The position numbers were made by a program, and so were the translations under genes. A stretch of 63,111 nt of DNA, the filler included. It is 4 parts of 4 records of this genome, joined end to end, with 100 filler letters (N's around TTAATTAATTAA, not from the genome) between each part and the next. Parts side by side here need not be neighbours in the genome. Positions count along the whole stretch, not along the records: positions 1 to 23,615 come from DRR723986_7130; positions 23,716 to 37,049 come from DRR723986_7131; 2 more parts are not named here. One strand, given 5' to 3'. Below, one piece after another: positions 13,135 to 24,250 of the stretch. A model generated the notes under the pieces. The model saw nothing but the letters and a program-made list of their open reading frames with translations, ran no database searches and was not told the origin of the DNA. The stretch's first letter is position 1. Each line of letters starts with the position of its first letter.

Positions 13135-13722
13135 ATGGCTGCTGATCACGCCAATCCGCTCATGGCGCCCTCGCCATGGGTTCGCCAGTGTGTTGAAAGC
13201 CTGCTAGGTTCGGGTCTTGTCAAACCAGGTTCGAGGGCACTTGATCTTGCCTGTGGGGGCGGGCGTCATGCCTTGTATCTATCGGGTTTGGGTTACTCCG
13301 TGCACGCGGTAGACAAGCACACACCGACCACCGAATGGCCGGTCAACGTGCATTTTGAGGCCATGGATCTGGAGCAGGATCACTGGCCGCTGGCTGGGCA
13401 GCAATATGACCTGATTGTGGTAACCAACTATTTGCATCGGCCTCATTTCGAGAACCTTTTGGTCAACTTGAAGTCAGTCAATGCAGTCTTGGTGTATGAA
13501 ACATTCATGGAAGGAAATGCGCAGTTTGGCTCACCTCGCAGTCCAGAGTTTTTACTGCAGCCGGGCGAATTGTTGGCGCGTATGTCTTCGTTGAACGTTC
13601 TGCGTTTTGAACAGGGTTTGAGAAGGGTTCCAAGCCCTGCAATGATTCAACGGGCCATGGGCATTACAGGCGCTTGGTCTGAGATACAATCTGGAACAAT
13701 AACACTCACTCAAAGGGACTAA
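13135..13722 (+). CDS. Class I SAM-dependent methyltransferase (TehB-like)
   Basis: LDLACGGGRH motif I, VTNYLHRP and YETF motifs. Sits in the conserved trpS-MTase-dapA order. Confidence 0.85.
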   Translation: MAADHANPLMAPSPWVRQCVESLLGSGLVKPGSRALDLACGGGRHALYLSGLGYSVHAVDKHTPTTEWPVNVHFEAMDLEQDHWPLAGQQYDLIVVTNYLHRPHFENLLVNLKSVNAVLVYETFMEGNAQFGSPRSPEFLLQPGELLARMSSLNVLRFEQGLRRVPSPAMIQRAMGITGAWSEIQSGTITLTQRD

Positions 13723-14601
13723 ATGATCACTGGCAGCATTGTCGCGATTGTTTCGCCGATGTTTGAAGACGGATCGCTGGACTATGACAGCTATCGTCAG
13801 CTCATTGATTGGCATATTGAACAAGGCACCGACTCGATTGTAGCGGTTGGAACCACTGGGGAATCACCTACAGTGGACGTGGAAGAGCACGGCGAATTGA
13901 TTCGTGTAGCGGTTGAGCAGGCAGCTGGTCGCATCCCGATTATTGCGGGTACCGGCGGCAATTCAACCACTGAGGCCATTGAGCTCACCGAATTTGCCCG
14001 CAAAGTGGGTGCTGCAGCCAGTCTTCAAGTCGTGCCTTATTACAACAAGCCGACCCAGGAAGGCATTTACTTGCACATGCGCAAGGTTGCCGAGGCTGTT
14101 GACTTGCCAGTAATTTTGTACAACGTACCTGGCCGCACGGTGGCCGACATGGCACATTCAACGGTGGTTCGCCTAAGCCAGGTCGATGGCATTGTGGGTA
14201 TCAAGGAGGCCACAGGCAACCTTGAGCGCGGAGCTTGGTTGATTCGAGACACCTCACCCGATTTTGCCGTGTACAGCGGTGACGACCCCACAGCAGTGAA
14301 CTTGATGCTGATGGGTGGAAAAGGCAATATTTCAGTGACTGCCAACGTGGCCCCGAAGTTGATGCATGAGTTATGTGCCGCGGCCATTGCAGGTGATTCA
14401 AAAACTGCTCACACGTTAAATTTGAGCTTGCTGGATTTGCATCAGGCCATGTTTGTACAGGCCAATCCAATTCCCGTGAAGTACGCATTGAGCAAAATGG
14501 GCAAAATGGCACCCGGTGTGCGCTTGCCTTTGACCCGACTGGAATCCAATTTTCACCAAACCGTGGACGCCGCCTTGCGTGCGCACCGGTTGATCGACTA
14601 A
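13723..14601 (+). CDS. dapA: 4-hydroxy-tetrahydrodipicolinate synthase
   Basis: [22 protein letters not shown] and GIKEATG motifs. Confidence 0.98.
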   Translation: MITGSIVAIVSPMFEDGSLDYDSYRQLIDWHIEQGTDSIVAVGTTGESPTVDVEEHGELIRVAVEQAAGRIPIIAGTGGNSTTEAIELTEFARKVGAAASLQVVPYYNKPTQEGIYLHMRKVAEAVDLPVILYNVPGRTVADMAHSTVVRLSQVDGIVGIKEATGNLERGAWLIRDTSPDFAVYSGDDPTAVNLMLMGGKGNISVTANVAPKLMHELCAAAIAGDSKTAHTLNLSLLDLHQAMFVQANPIPVKYALSKMGKMAPGVRLPLTRLESNFHQTVDAALRAHRLID

Positions 14602-14616
14602 AGACGACTTAAGGCT

Positions 14617-15783
14617 GTGAAACACATGGAATTGAACAAGATGACCCCTTTCAAGCTGTTACTGATCGCAGCGGCCGTATCCACTGCCGCTGGCTGCGCC
14701 TCTTACAAAGAGGCTGTGGAAGGACAGAAGACGGCTTACCGCACTGCTGAAAAGCGTGAGCAGGGCCTTGAGGTGCCGCCCGATCTGACAGCACAGTCTG
14801 CCGATGAGCAATTCCTGATTCCGGGAGAGTCTGGTTCCGGTTCGGTCTCCGCCTCGTCCTTTTACAGCGGTGGCGGCGCCCGTCCAGCGGGTGCACGTCC
14901 ACAGGCACAGGCCGAGCCGGTATTGGTCTCCTCCGATGATGTAAAAATCAAACGGGTGGGCAATTTGCGTTCTCTGGAAGTGAAAATGCCCCCTGAGCAG
15001 CTGTGGCCCAAATTACGCGAATTCTGGAAGGACACTGGGTTTGAGCTGGCTGTGGATGATCCGAAAATTGGTTTGATGGAAACCAATTGGGCGGAAAACC
15101 GCGCAAATATTCCACTGGACGGTTTGCGTAAGGTAATTGGTACTGTATTTGACGGCATTTACTCCAGCAATACCCGAGATCGTTACCGCACCCGTGTAGA
15201 GCCTATTGAGGGCGGCGTTGAAGTTTTCGTTACTCACCGTGGCATGGAAGAAAACTACACGGATCAGTCGCAATCCAATTTGGTGTGGATGAATCGTCCC
15301 TCTGATCCAGAGTTGGAGGCGGAGATGCTGAACCGTTTGATGGCGAAGCTGACTGGAGATGAAAAGGCTGCTGCAGCGGCTGGACGCCCCGTCGGTCAAG
15401 AGCTTATATCGGTTCAGAAAAAGCCAGAAGGCACTTCGATTATTCTGGCAGAGGACTTTCCTTTGGCGTGGCGTCGGGTAGGGTTTGGCCTGGATCGCGC
15501 CGGATTTATCGTCGAAGATCGTGATCGTTCCAACGGTGTGTACTACGTGAAGTACATTCCTGATTCAGCCTCGGCTGAGGGAAAGAAAACGGGTTTCTTT
15601 GGAAAAATTTTCGGAGGTGCCGCGGATGACAAATCCTTGAAAGCGGATCAACGCTTCCAGGTGGTTGTCGCGCCCGAGGGCAACAAATCCACATCTGTAA
15701 AGTTTACGTCTGAACGGGGTGCGGCGGTGGACGCTGCAATCTCTGAGGAAGCTGCGACCAAGCTGGCCGGAAAGCTCAGGTAA
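14617..15783 (+). CDS. bamC: Outer membrane protein assembly lipoprotein BamC (NlpB/DapX)
   Basis: Lipobox AAGC, LEVPPDL, METNWAENRA and WRRVG..LDR.GF.VEDRDRS motifs. Downstream of dapA. Confidence 0.9.
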   Translation: MKHMELNKMTPFKLLLIAAAVSTAAGCASYKEAVEGQKTAYRTAEKREQGLEVPPDLTAQSADEQFLIPGESGSGSVSASSFYSGGGARPAGARPQAQAEPVLVSSDDVKIKRVGNLRSLEVKMPPEQLWPKLREFWKDTGFELAVDDPKIGLMETNWAENRANIPLDGLRKVIGTVFDGIYSSNTRDRYRTRVEPIEGGVEVFVTHRGMEENYTDQSQSNLVWMNRPSDPELEAEMLNRLMAKLTGDEKAAAAAGRPVGQELISVQKKPEGTSIILAEDFPLAWRRVGFGLDRAGFIVEDRDRSNGVYYVKYIPDSASAEGKKTGFFGKIFGGAADDKSLKADQRFQVVVAPEGNKSTSVKFTSERGAAVDAAISEEAATKLAGKLR

Positions 15784-15788
15784 TTGGT

Positions 15789-16607
15789 GTGCGTTTTGCG
15801 AGTTTGGGCAGTGGTAGTGAAGGGAACAGTTGGCTGTTTGAATGCAGGCTGACTGAGACGCCTGCGCGCCTGATGGTGGATTGCGGTTTCGCCGTCAAGG
15901 AAACTGTGGGTCGCCTGAATCGCGTGGGCCTTGCTCCCGAGGATGTCGATGCGATCGTTGTGACACATGAACATGGCGATCACATCGGGGGGGTGTTCAA
16001 ATTCAGCAGAAAGTTTGGAACGCCGGTGTATTTGACCCACGGTACCTGGCGAGCTGCATTGCGGTCTGGATTAACCGACGAAGATTACCTGCAATCGGGA
16101 CGGGTGATGTTAATCGACAGCCACTCTCCGTTTCGCGTGAAAAATCTGACATTGCATCCATTTCCGGTTCCCCACGATGCGGCCGAACCCATCCAGATGT
16201 TGATCGAATCAACGTCAGGCTTTGTGACCGGTATTCTGACTGATTGTGGAAGCTCCACGCCGCATCTGGTCAGTATGTTGAACCGTGCACATGCCTTGAT
16301 ACTGGAATCCAACCATTGCCCGGATATGCTGTCCAATTCGCCTTATCCACCTAGTCTGAAAAAAAGGGTAGGTGGTGATTACGGTCACCTCAGCAATCAG
16401 GTGGCCTGTGACATTCTTCGACAGCTTGATTCGGGAAATTTACAGTTTGTCGTGGCGGCCCATTTGAGCCAAACCACAAATTGCCCCGAGTTGGTTCAAA
16501 AACTGTGGGCTGAGGTGCTAACCCCACGTGGAATCGGGTTTGACATTGCTTGCCAAACTGAAGGTTTTGGCTGGACTACCCTTGATATGCGGCAAATAGC
16601 GGCATAA
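15789..16607 (+). CDS. MBL-fold metallo-hydrolase (YycJ/PhnP-like)
   Basis: MRFASLGSGSEGN, THEHGDH, ESNH and GHLSN motifs. Confidence 0.9.
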   Translation: MRFASLGSGSEGNSWLFECRLTETPARLMVDCGFAVKETVGRLNRVGLAPEDVDAIVVTHEHGDHIGGVFKFSRKFGTPVYLTHGTWRAALRSGLTDEDYLQSGRVMLIDSHSPFRVKNLTLHPFPVPHDAAEPIQMLIESTSGFVTGILTDCGSSTPHLVSMLNRAHALILESNHCPDMLSNSPYPPSLKKRVGGDYGHLSNQVACDILRQLDSGNLQFVVAAHLSQTTNCPELVQKLWAEVLTPRGIGFDIACQTEGFGWTTLDMRQIAA

Positions 16608-16638
16608 AAAAACCCCGGATTTTCATCCGGGGTTTTTT
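16606..16638. terminator. Bidirectional intrinsic terminator
   Basis: A7-CCCCGGAT-TTTC-ATCCGGGG-T6 between convergent genes. Confidence 0.9.
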
Positions 16639-16669
16639 CATTCAAATCGCTTTGACAAGCGAAAAGAAT

Positions 16670-16894
16670 TTACTTCTTTTCTTCTTCAGCTGGGGCTGCT
16701 GCTGGCTCAGTAGCTGCTGGCTCAGTAGCGGCTGGCTCAGTTGCTGCTGGTTCTGTAGCGGCTGGCTCAGTTGCTGCAGGAGCTTGCTCAGTTACAGCTG
16801 GTGCTGCTGGTTCAACAGGAGCTGCTTCTTCTTTCTTGCCACAAGCGGCCAAAGCAACTGCAAACAAAGATGCGATCAAAATTGAGTTTTTCAT
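16670..16894 (-). CDS. Small lipoprotein with Ala/Pro/Glu/Thr repeats
   Basis: MKNSILIASLFAVALAAC lipobox followed by (PAATE)n. AAGGA RBS. Confidence 0.8.
   Translation of the reverse strand: MKNSILIASLFAVALAACGKKEEAAPVEPAAPAVTEQAPAATEPAATEPAATEPAATEPAATEPAAAPAEEEKK
16698..16772. repeat. Five tandem 15-bp repeats encoding (TEPAA)5
   Basis: gctgctggctcagta x2, gcggctggctcagtt, gctgctggttctgta, gcggctggctcagtt. Differences are synonymous on the minus strand. Confidence 0.9.
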
Positions 16895-17027
16895 GTTTAT
16901 TCCTTTTGGGGTCACGAACTAGACGCCGATTCAAGCGTCTTTTTTAGAGCAAATAGGCTCACAAGAGAACCCAGAATCACCCATTTTCCTGCTGGGTGTT
17001 CAAGCACTCAAGCGGAAAACTCTGCAA

Positions 17028-17115
17028 ATTCTATCGAATAGCCTGTCAAATTCAAGTCATTGTTTCGACCTTATTTTCGAAGCAAAATTCTATTGACTTT
17101 GCCGAGTCGTTTCAA
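17028..17115 (-). promoter_or_regulatory. Two tandem sigma70-like promoters upstream of the small lipoprotein
   Basis: Minus strand TTGAAA-N17-TAGAAT (17115-17087) and TTGAAT-N16-TAGAAT (17055-17028). Confidence 0.5.
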
Positions 17116-17132
17116 ATTCTAAATGAAATTAA

Positions 17133-18284
17133 TCACATTAGGGTTTCTACCCAACCGGCTTTTGCAAAACCAATTAAAAAATACTGGAATTCAGGATTTT
17201 TTAAAGCCTCTGCAGCGTCGATTGGCTCCATTTCGCGCTGGTTTGCGAGCATTTGCAGCTGTTTAACGGTAAGGGCACTGACCGGGTTGACAGCTTCGCC
17301 GTTGATGTAGAAAACAGCATCTTTGAACAACATTTTAGTTTTCATGCTTAATGCGATGCCACGCTCACCGAGAACACTAATAATTTCGTGTATTTCTTGA
17401 TCTTCGGTGTTGTTTACAAAATACACATGTGGCTTGGGTTCTGTGAGCAAAATCCCCATGCTGCGCTGGATTTGGGGCGATTTCGCTGAAAATTGTTGAA
17501 TCAAATTAAATCCAAAATTCAGCAAATCGTCAGGAATCTCTGCCGGGTTTTTCTGTAGCCCACGGGCCGGGTCAGAAAACAGCGTTTGAGTCATGGTGGG
17601 GTCTTGATCAATTTGATCAGCCATGTCTCGCAATATGCCGCTGAGAACCTCTGCTTGCGTGGGAGCTCTGAAACCAATGCTCAGGGTTGAGCAGGTACCT
17701 TCGGCAATGCCATCGTGCCCATAGTTCGGGGGAAGATAAAGCATGTCTCCCGGCTCGAGTACAAACTCTTCGGTGGGCTCAAAGTTCTTCAAAATTTTCA
17801 GTGGCACGCCTTCTTCAAGTTCTTTGTTCGGCAAAGGACCAATTTTCCAGCGCCGTTTGCCGTGCATTTGCAGTAGAAAAACATCATAGGAATCGTAGTG
17901 TGGGCCCACACCACCACCGTCGCTCGCCAGGCTCAACATGACGTCATCAAGGCGTGCGTCGGGAATGAAGCGGAATAGTTGCAGCAGGTCATACGCTTCA
18001 GGCAGATGGTGGTCGATGCCCTGAATGAGCACCGTCCATGCCTTTTTCCTCATCGATGGCAGTTCATCAAAGGGACCATGTTCAAGAGTCCAACCGGTTT
18101 TGGTGTGTTGGATAAGCCGGCTTTCGATGTCTTCATCCGAGGCCATCTCGGCGATGGTGTCGAAATCGCACAGTGGTTCAAAATCAGGAAATGCCTGACG
18201 AAACAAATATGGCTTGAGGTGCCAATACTCGGTCATGAATTTTTCCACGGACAGAGTGGCGATGCGGGTGAGGGGCTTGATCAT
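17133..18284 (-). CDS. JmjC/cupin 2-oxoglutarate oxygenase (YcfD/RoxA-like ribosomal protein L16 hydroxylase)
   Basis: RFIPDARLDDVM, GGVGPHYDSYDVFLLQ and LEPGDMLYLPP..HDG motifs (HxD...H). Confidence 0.9.
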   Translation of the reverse strand: MIKPLTRIATLSVEKFMTEYWHLKPYLFRQAFPDFEPLCDFDTIAEMASDEDIESRLIQHTKTGWTLEHGPFDELPSMRKKAWTVLIQGIDHHLPEAYDLLQLFRFIPDARLDDVMLSLASDGGGVGPHYDSYDVFLLQMHGKRRWKIGPLPNKELEEGVPLKILKNFEPTEEFVLEPGDMLYLPPNYGHDGIAEGTCSTLSIGFRAPTQAEVLSGILRDMADQIDQDPTMTQTLFSDPARGLQKNPAEIPDDLLNFGFNLIQQFSAKSPQIQRSMGILLTEPKPHVYFVNNTEDQEIHEIISVLGERGIALSMKTKMLFKDAVFYINGEAVNPVSALTVKQLQMLANQREMEPIDAAEALKNPEFQYFLIGFAKAGWVETLM

Positions 18285-18384
18285 CTAAAGGGGCTTTATT
18301 TGGGTGATTTATCGATTACGGGTATCATAGGCCACCTTAAAAGACTGCCCGCGATTCGGGCGCTGATTTCTGGAGTTATGTACG

Positions 18385-18933
18385 ATGATTGTTGAGCAAG
18401 GCACGGTGGTAACCCTTGATTTTGAGCTGCGTGATGCGCAGGGTGAACTGATTCAGGAACACGGTGGCGAGCCGATTATCTACCTGCATGGCAGTGAAAA
18501 TGAGGTGTTTCCCAAACTTCAGGATGCGGTGCAAGGCAAGGCCGTGGGTGACGAGGTATTTGTGCAACTCGAGCCAGATGAAGCATTCGGTGACTTCGAT
18601 CCGGAACTGATGCGTGTTGAAGACATCGAGATGTTTGGCGAAGAACTCGAAATCGGTATGCAGCTTGAAGAGGTGCCTGTGGATGATGAGAATGAACCCG
18701 ATGAGCAGGCGAACGAGGAAAACACCGGCTTTGGTCGCGTGTGGACGGTGACTGACATTGCAGAGGGCAAGGTGGTCTTGGATGGCAACCACCCGTTCGC
18801 GGGCATGGCCTTGCGCTACCATTTGAAAGTGCTGGATATTCGTGCAGCGAACGACGAAGAAAAAGCGCAGGGTGCCGCAGCCCAATCGCTATTCAGCATC
18901 GCGCCGAACCCGGACGCGCGCAAGCTTAATTGA
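18385..18933 (+). CDS. FKBP-type peptidyl-prolyl isomerase (SlyD-like)
   Basis: YLHG, LEPDEAFG and LDGNHPFAG motifs. No His-rich tail. Confidence 0.88.
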   Translation: MIVEQGTVVTLDFELRDAQGELIQEHGGEPIIYLHGSENEVFPKLQDAVQGKAVGDEVFVQLEPDEAFGDFDPELMRVEDIEMFGEELEIGMQLEEVPVDDENEPDEQANEENTGFGRVWTVTDIAEGKVVLDGNHPFAGMALRYHLKVLDIRAANDEEKAQGAAAQSLFSIAPNPDARKLN

Positions 18934-18953
18934 AATTCGAGCCAATCGTTATC

Positions 18954-19961
18954 CTAGTTGCCCGCAGCAGGGGATGGCATCGATTGGCTGCTGACTTCAA
19001 ATGGCGCTGTCTGGCCTTGATTGACGGTAACCCTTACCCAAGTATTCATGAAGGGATGCCCCCATCCTTCGACCCGGTAAAATAAAAAATCCGTGTGGGG
19101 GGTGCCCCCAAATTTCTGAAGGCCGGGTTTGTCCCATTTGAACCGATGGGTGTCGCCGTGGGCCAGCAGCACTGGTCGATTTGTGGTGTTGATGTATTTT
19201 ACCAGCCGCTCCATGAAGCGTGCATACCCATTCTTTTTGGGGTTGATGTCATCGCCACCTGAGCCGTCGATTGGATTGCCTTGAATGGCAATGACAGTTT
19301 CGGTGGGACGCGTTCTTTCATCCAAAAACAAGGCCTCTGCCTCGTTCAACCATGCGTCAATTGCCCGTTCGCGCGCCAGCAGCAGTTGCATTGCTTTACT
19401 TGTGGTGGTCTTTCTCGATTCTGGGTTGAGCAAGTCATTGTTACTGCCTGGCACATTCAAACTCACGAAGAGTGTACTGCCTTGTTGCCACATCAGGTTT
19501 TCGGGATAGGGATGGCTGGCTTGTTGTTGAACCCGAAAGTTGGTTTTACCCAGCGACCTTGGATCAGAAAATACCTGCTGTCGAAGAAAGCTCAGGCGTT
19601 CTTGGCTGTCGAAATTTCCGTTGGACGGCCTGTGGCAATCGGTCCATTCATTGTCGCCGGGTACATACACCAAGGGTATTTCGCTTCTTTGCAGTTGCGC
19701 GATGCGACGTTCTATCAATTCGTTGGTGCAAGGCTCGTTGCCACCCTTGATGTCGCCGAGGTGCAAAATCCAGTGAATATCGGGTTGATTCCCAATGTGT
19801 TGAATCAAGCTTTCAGTGGCCGGCTCGAAGAAATTGTTGTAAGGCTGATCTCCAATCAGTGCAAAGCTGAAGGTGATTTGCCGGGGGCTGGCTTGGACAG
19901 CCGCAATGAAAGTGACCAAGGCGGCCGCACAGGCTCTGATGGCTGCGCGGCTAAGATTCAT
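18954..19961 (-). CDS. Exported calcineurin-like metallophosphoesterase
   Basis: Signal peptide (AVQA), then [24 protein letters not shown] and HGDTH motifs. Confidence 0.75.
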   Translation of the reverse strand: MNLSRAAIRACAAALVTFIAAVQASPRQITFSFALIGDQPYNNFFEPATESLIQHIGNQPDIHWILHLGDIKGGNEPCTNELIERRIAQLQRSEIPLVYVPGDNEWTDCHRPSNGNFDSQERLSFLRQQVFSDPRSLGKTNFRVQQQASHPYPENLMWQQGSTLFVSLNVPGSNNDLLNPESRKTTTSKAMQLLLARERAIDAWLNEAEALFLDERTRPTETVIAIQGNPIDGSGGDDINPKKNGYARFMERLVKYINTTNRPVLLAHGDTHRFKWDKPGLQKFGGTPHTDFLFYRVEGWGHPFMNTWVRVTVNQGQTAPFEVSSQSMPSPAAGN

Positions 19962-22585
19962 GTTTGCAGGCCTTTCAATTGAAAGATTAACTGCAATGCT
20001 TCACGCGGGCTAAGTTCATCCGGGTCAATTTCGTTGAGTTTTTCAAGAATCAGGTTGACGTGTTGAGCACTGGCTGGTTGCTCGGCCGCTTCCTGAGTTG
20101 GCATATCAAACAGATCCACCTGGGCGTTCATGGCACGTTTATCAGCCTCGAGCTGGTCAAGTCGTTTTTGTGCATTTTTCACCACCAAGGCGGGCAAGCC
20201 CGCAAGCTTGGCCACTTGCAGGCCGTAACTTTGGCTAGCAGGGCCAGCTTCAATGCGGTGCAAAAATACCAGCTTGCCTTGATGTTCGGTGGCTGACAAA
20301 TGCACATTGAAAACACTGTCAAGTTCATGACCCAACGCGGTAATTTCAAAGTAATGTGTGGCGAACAAGGTCAGGCATTTGTTGGTGTTGGCCAAGCGCT
20401 TTGCGATTTCCCAAGCCAGAGATAAACCATCGAAAGTTGAGGTTCCACGTCCAATTTCGTCCATGATGACCAGGCTTTGAGGTGTGGCTTGCCGAACAAT
20501 GGTTGCGGCCTCGGTCATTTCCACCATAAAGGTTGAGCGACCTCCTGCAAGGTCATCCGATGCGCCAATGCGCGTAAAAATACGATCAAGCAAGCCAATT
20601 TGCGCGTTGGTTGCTGGTACCAAACTGCCCATGTGAGCCAATAGCGCAATGAGCGCTGTCTGGCGCATATAGGTACTTTTACCGCCCATGTTGGGCCCAG
20701 TGATCAGCGCCATGTGTTTGCCGGGGTGCAAGGCGCAGTCGTTCGGTGTGAATTGTTCCACTTGTACTTCGAGTACTGGGTGACGGCCTTGCTGAATGTT
20801 CAGCAGGGCATGCGGCACCATTTGCGGACGCACCCAATTTGCCTCGAAAGCCACAATCGCCAGGGCCGCCATGGCATCGAGTTCAGACAATTCACGCGCA
20901 CAGCGTTGCAAAAATGGTGTGAATTGCCCCAGCCACGCCATCAGGTTTTCATAGATCACTTTTTCTAGGTTCAGTGCTTTGTCTTTTGCGGAGAGCGCTT
21001 TTTCCTCGAAGGCTTTTAATTCCTCGGTAATGTAGCGTTCCGCATTTTTCATGGTCTGCCGGCGAATGTAGTGCGCGGGCACCTTATCGGCCTGAGAACT
21101 GCTGACCTCAATGTAAAAACCATGCACCCGGTTGAACTCAACTTTCAAGTTGGAAATACCGGTGGCCTCGCGTTCCTGTTTTTCCAGTTCAATTAAAAAC
21201 TGCCCGCTGCCGGTTTGAATGTTTCGTAACTCGTCAAGTTCGGTGTGGTAACCGTCAGCAATTACGCCTCCATCTCGAATCAGTACTGGCGGGTTCTCCG
21301 CCAAGGCTTGCATCAATTCAGCCAATAGCTCGGGTGGTGCTTGAAGTGCTTCCAAGGCGGCGTTGAATTCGCCGTTGCCAAAATCAGCGATGAGCTCGGT
21401 AACCTGCGGCAGTGCCTGCAGACTTTCCCGCAGTGCCAACAAATCACGAGGTTTGGCTGTTTGCATGGCAATGCGGCTGCTGATACGTTCAATATCGGCC
21501 ATTGCACGCAATGTTTTTACCAGGCTGAAACAGGCCGGCTCGGGTGCTTGGCCCAAGGTGGAGAGCAGGTGCTGTATTTTGTTTTGTCGTGCTTCAATGT
21601 GGGCAAGGTTGCGTAGAGGTTCCAGCAGCCATTGGCGCAGACGTCTGGCACCCATGCCGCTACCAGTGCGGTTAATGCGCGAGAACAGCGTGGGTGCAGG
21701 CTCGCCTCGCAATGTTTCTGTCAATTCCAGGTTGCGGCGCGCGGCCTCATCCAGCACCAGAAAGTCTTGCTCGTGTTCAACCTGAATATCGGACACGTGT
21801 CTGAAGGTTTCAATACTGAGGTGCGTTTCTTTCGCATATTGCAAAGCTGCGCCCATGGCTGGCACGGCCAGTTTGGCCTTATGCAATTCGAGGCTTGCCA
21901 GGTTGGCTGCTTGCAGCACGGTTTGCAGATGCGTCTGGGCAAAACCTGCGTCAAAGTGCCAGGCGGGACGTTCGATACAGGCCGCAATTTGGCTTTGCTG
22001 CGCCCATGTGCGGTTATTCACGAGCACCTCGGCAGCATTAAAACGACTTAAGTGGGCCGACAGCGCGCTAGAGTCGCATTCCAGCAAACGGATTGAACCC
22101 GCAGACAGTGCCAGACAAGCTACTCCCCAATACTTGCCGTCCTCAGAAAACAAGCTAAGCAGTGTTTTGTTTTCCTGGTCGGGCAATAAGGTGGATTCGG
22201 TGAGTGTACCCGGAGTGACTACCCTGGCAACCTTGCGTTCCATGGGGCCTTTGTTAACACCAGGTGTTCCCACTTGCTCACAGATCGCTACTGAATGACC
22301 CAGCGCCACAAGTTTGGCAAGGTATTGATCTGCCGCATGAAAAGGCACACCGGCCATCGGAATGGGTTGACCCGCCGATTGGCCTCGGTGGGTCAGGGTA
22401 ATCCTCAGAAGCTGTGCAGCCAGTTGTGCATCGTCAAAAAACAGCTCGTAAAAATCGCCCATGCGATAAAAGAGCAGTTTATCGGGGTATTCGGATTTCA
22501 GCGTAAGGTACTGCTGCATCATTGGCGTGTGGCTTTCAAACGCCTGTGATGCGGCCTGGTGATTTGTACTCGCTTGTTTGCTCAA
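19958..22585 (-). CDS. mutS: DNA mismatch repair protein MutS
   Basis: [35 protein letters not shown] and ATHYFE motifs. Confidence 0.99.
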   Translation of the reverse strand: MSKQASTNHQAASQAFESHTPMMQQYLTLKSEYPDKLLFYRMGDFYELFFDDAQLAAQLLRITLTHRGQSAGQPIPMAGVPFHAADQYLAKLVALGHSVAICEQVGTPGVNKGPMERKVARVVTPGTLTESTLLPDQENKTLLSLFSEDGKYWGVACLALSAGSIRLLECDSSALSAHLSRFNAAEVLVNNRTWAQQSQIAACIERPAWHFDAGFAQTHLQTVLQAANLASLELHKAKLAVPAMGAALQYAKETHLSIETFRHVSDIQVEHEQDFLVLDEAARRNLELTETLRGEPAPTLFSRINRTGSGMGARRLRQWLLEPLRNLAHIEARQNKIQHLLSTLGQAPEPACFSLVKTLRAMADIERISSRIAMQTAKPRDLLALRESLQALPQVTELIADFGNGEFNAALEALQAPPELLAELMQALAENPPVLIRDGGVIADGYHTELDELRNIQTGSGQFLIELEKQEREATGISNLKVEFNRVHGFYIEVSSSQADKVPAHYIRRQTMKNAERYITEELKAFEEKALSAKDKALNLEKVIYENLMAWLGQFTPFLQRCARELSELDAMAALAIVAFEANWVRPQMVPHALLNIQQGRHPVLEVQVEQFTPNDCALHPGKHMALITGPNMGGKSTYMRQTALIALLAHMGSLVPATNAQIGLLDRIFTRIGASDDLAGGRSTFMVEMTEAATIVRQATPQSLVIMDEIGRGTSTFDGLSLAWEIAKRLANTNKCLTLFATHYFEITALGHELDSVFNVHLSATEHQGKLVFLHRIEAGPASQSYGLQVAKLAGLPALVVKNAQKRLDQLEADKRAMNAQVDLFDMPTQEAAEQPASAQHVNLILEKLNEIDPDELSPREALQLIFQLKGLQT

Positions 22586-22601
22586 CTGGGTTCCTGTTTG
22601 T

Positions 22602-23369
22602 TTATTTGAAGCTCAGGAGGTACTGAAGGGCTTTCGGGTTGCCTGCCACTGCATCGCCCGTGGTCATGAATGTGTCATTGCCTTGGGGGTCAGTGATCAA
22701 TCCGCCAGCTTCGGAAACCAGCAAAACGCCTGTCGCCAAATCCCAGGGTTTAAGACCAAAACACATGTATCCGTCTAGGCGACCACAGGCCACATAAGCC
22801 AAATCAAGCACTGCTGAACCGGATTTTCGAATGCCGGCGGTGCTCTCGGTCAGTGCCAGCATTTTGCGTTTTACACCCAGTGAGCCCTCATTCTGACCGC
22901 TGGGGAAAGCAAAACCAACCAGGAATTCATTCGGCTTGCTGCGTTTTGAAACCCGAATTCGACGGTTGTTCAAAAATGCGCCTTCACCTTTGGATGCTGT
23001 GAAAAGATCGTTGGTGGCTGGGTTGTACACGACTGCTTGTTGTACATTGCCGTTCACTCGCAACGCGATTGATATCGCGTAATGTGGATAGCCGTGAATG
23101 AAGTTTGCTGTACCGTCAATGGGATCGATCACCCACTCATACTCGGATTTGCCGGATGCACCGCTTTCCTCGGCTAGAATGGCATGATCGGGAAAGGCTT
23201 GTTTGAGAACTTCGATAATGGCGCTTTCAGCAGCCTGGTCGGTCTCGGTGACGAAATCGTTGGGCCCTTTGACACCGATTTTTACCTGATCGAGGTCAAG
23301 CTCCGCTCGGTTGATGATTTTTCCAGCAGCGCGAGCGGCTTTCACCGCCACGTTCAACATCGGATGCAT
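22602..23369 (-). CDS. suhB: Inositol monophosphatase family protein SuhB
   Basis: [13 protein letters not shown] start at ATG 23369, WVIDPIDGT and WDLATG motifs. Divergent from trmJ. Confidence 0.95.
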   Translation of the reverse strand: MHPMLNVAVKAARAAGKIINRAELDLDQVKIGVKGPNDFVTETDQAAESAIIEVLKQAFPDHAILAEESGASGKSEYEWVIDPIDGTANFIHGYPHYAISIALRVNGNVQQAVVYNPATNDLFTASKGEGAFLNNRRIRVSKRSKPNEFLVGFAFPSGQNEGSLGVKRKMLALTESTAGIRKSGSAVLDLAYVACGRLDGYMCFGLKPWDLATGVLLVSEAGGLITDPQGNDTFMTTGDAVAGNPKALQYLLSFK

Positions 23370-23412
23370 GGCCTTTCCTTTCAATTTGAATACGTTTAAC
23401 CCGACATTATAA

Positions 23413-23615
23413 ATGACCGCAGCCATTTCCCTCGAATCCATTTCAATAGTTCTAGTAAAAACAAGCCATCCAGGCAACGTCGGTTCGGTGGCACGCGCCA
23501 TGAAAACCATGGGTTTGAATGATTTGCGTTTGGTTGAACCGAAAACCAAAGAAATTTGCATGGCCGAGGAGGCGGTTTCTTTGGCCAGTGGCGCCACTGA
23601 TGTGCTGGAACAGGC
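23413..23615 (+). CDS. trmJ: tRNA (cytidine/uridine-2'-O)-methyltransferase TrmJ, 5' fragment at contig end
   Basis: [29 protein letters not shown] motif. suhB/trmJ divergent pair. Confidence 0.88.
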
Positions 23616-23715
23616 NNNNNNNNNNNNNNNNNNNNNNNNNNNNNNNNNNNNNNNNNNNNTTAATTAATTAANNNNNNNNNNNNNNNNNNNNNNNNNNNNN
23701 NNNNNNNNNNNNNNN
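23616..23715. other. Artificial contig linker (N44-TTAATTAATTAA-N44)
   Basis: 100-nt spacer with stops in all six frames. Gene content changes abruptly across it. Confidence 0.99.
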
Positions 23716-24250
23716 TTGCTTTTTGATTCTTTTGTTAGTTCTTGTGGCTGAATTGTCGCGGCACCGAACGAGAATGTTTCTTGATTTGATTGTCGATACG
23801 GTTGTTTGAAGTGTGAGTGTGGAGAGAGTAAGCGTTTAGCGTGAGTGCTTATTGAATGTCGCTGTAGCGCACTCAACGCCGGGGGATTCTCTTTGTGTGA
23901 ATATAGCGTTGCTTGTCCCACGCAGATGTTAAGTCTATTGAAGTGCTGGTCTGAAACGGCACTGGAGGTCTGATAAGTAGATGGGTGTCTGGTTGTGTGA
24001 TAAGGCGGATTGTTCTAAATAGCTTGTGTGAACTCTCAAAGCAAGAGCCAATTTTTCAACAAGTGTTTTCTGATCTACTGTTGGATGTTAACTCAACGAT
24101 TAACAAAAATATCAAAAAGCCTGAGATGCGAACGGAGTGAGTCAGCTCAAAGCGGTCTGGGGAAGTGAGCGACGATTTGAACTTGGAGGCTGAATTGTAT
24201 CTGTGCTATGATATGTCGAATTTCGATACGATGCACTCGTGTAACTGTTG

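Noticed and set aside
16698-16772. 15-bp tandem repeats as a possible CRISPR or non-coding VNTR
   Set aside because: No spacers, the units are in frame, and variation is synonymous within the lipoprotein CDS. No CRISPR array or cas gene was seen anywhere in the window.
19281-19982. 233-aa plus-strand ORF
   Set aside because: Antisense to the metallophosphoesterase, which carries the recognisable motifs.
23660-23671. TTAATTAATTAA palindrome (also at 37094 and 50533)
   Set aside because: Synthetic six-frame-stop linker embedded in N runs, not biological.
23664-23921. 85-aa minus-strand ORF as an RHS immunity protein
   Set aside because: It lies beyond the terminator, has a GTG start with no obvious RBS, has non-protein-like composition, and ends only in the artificial linker.
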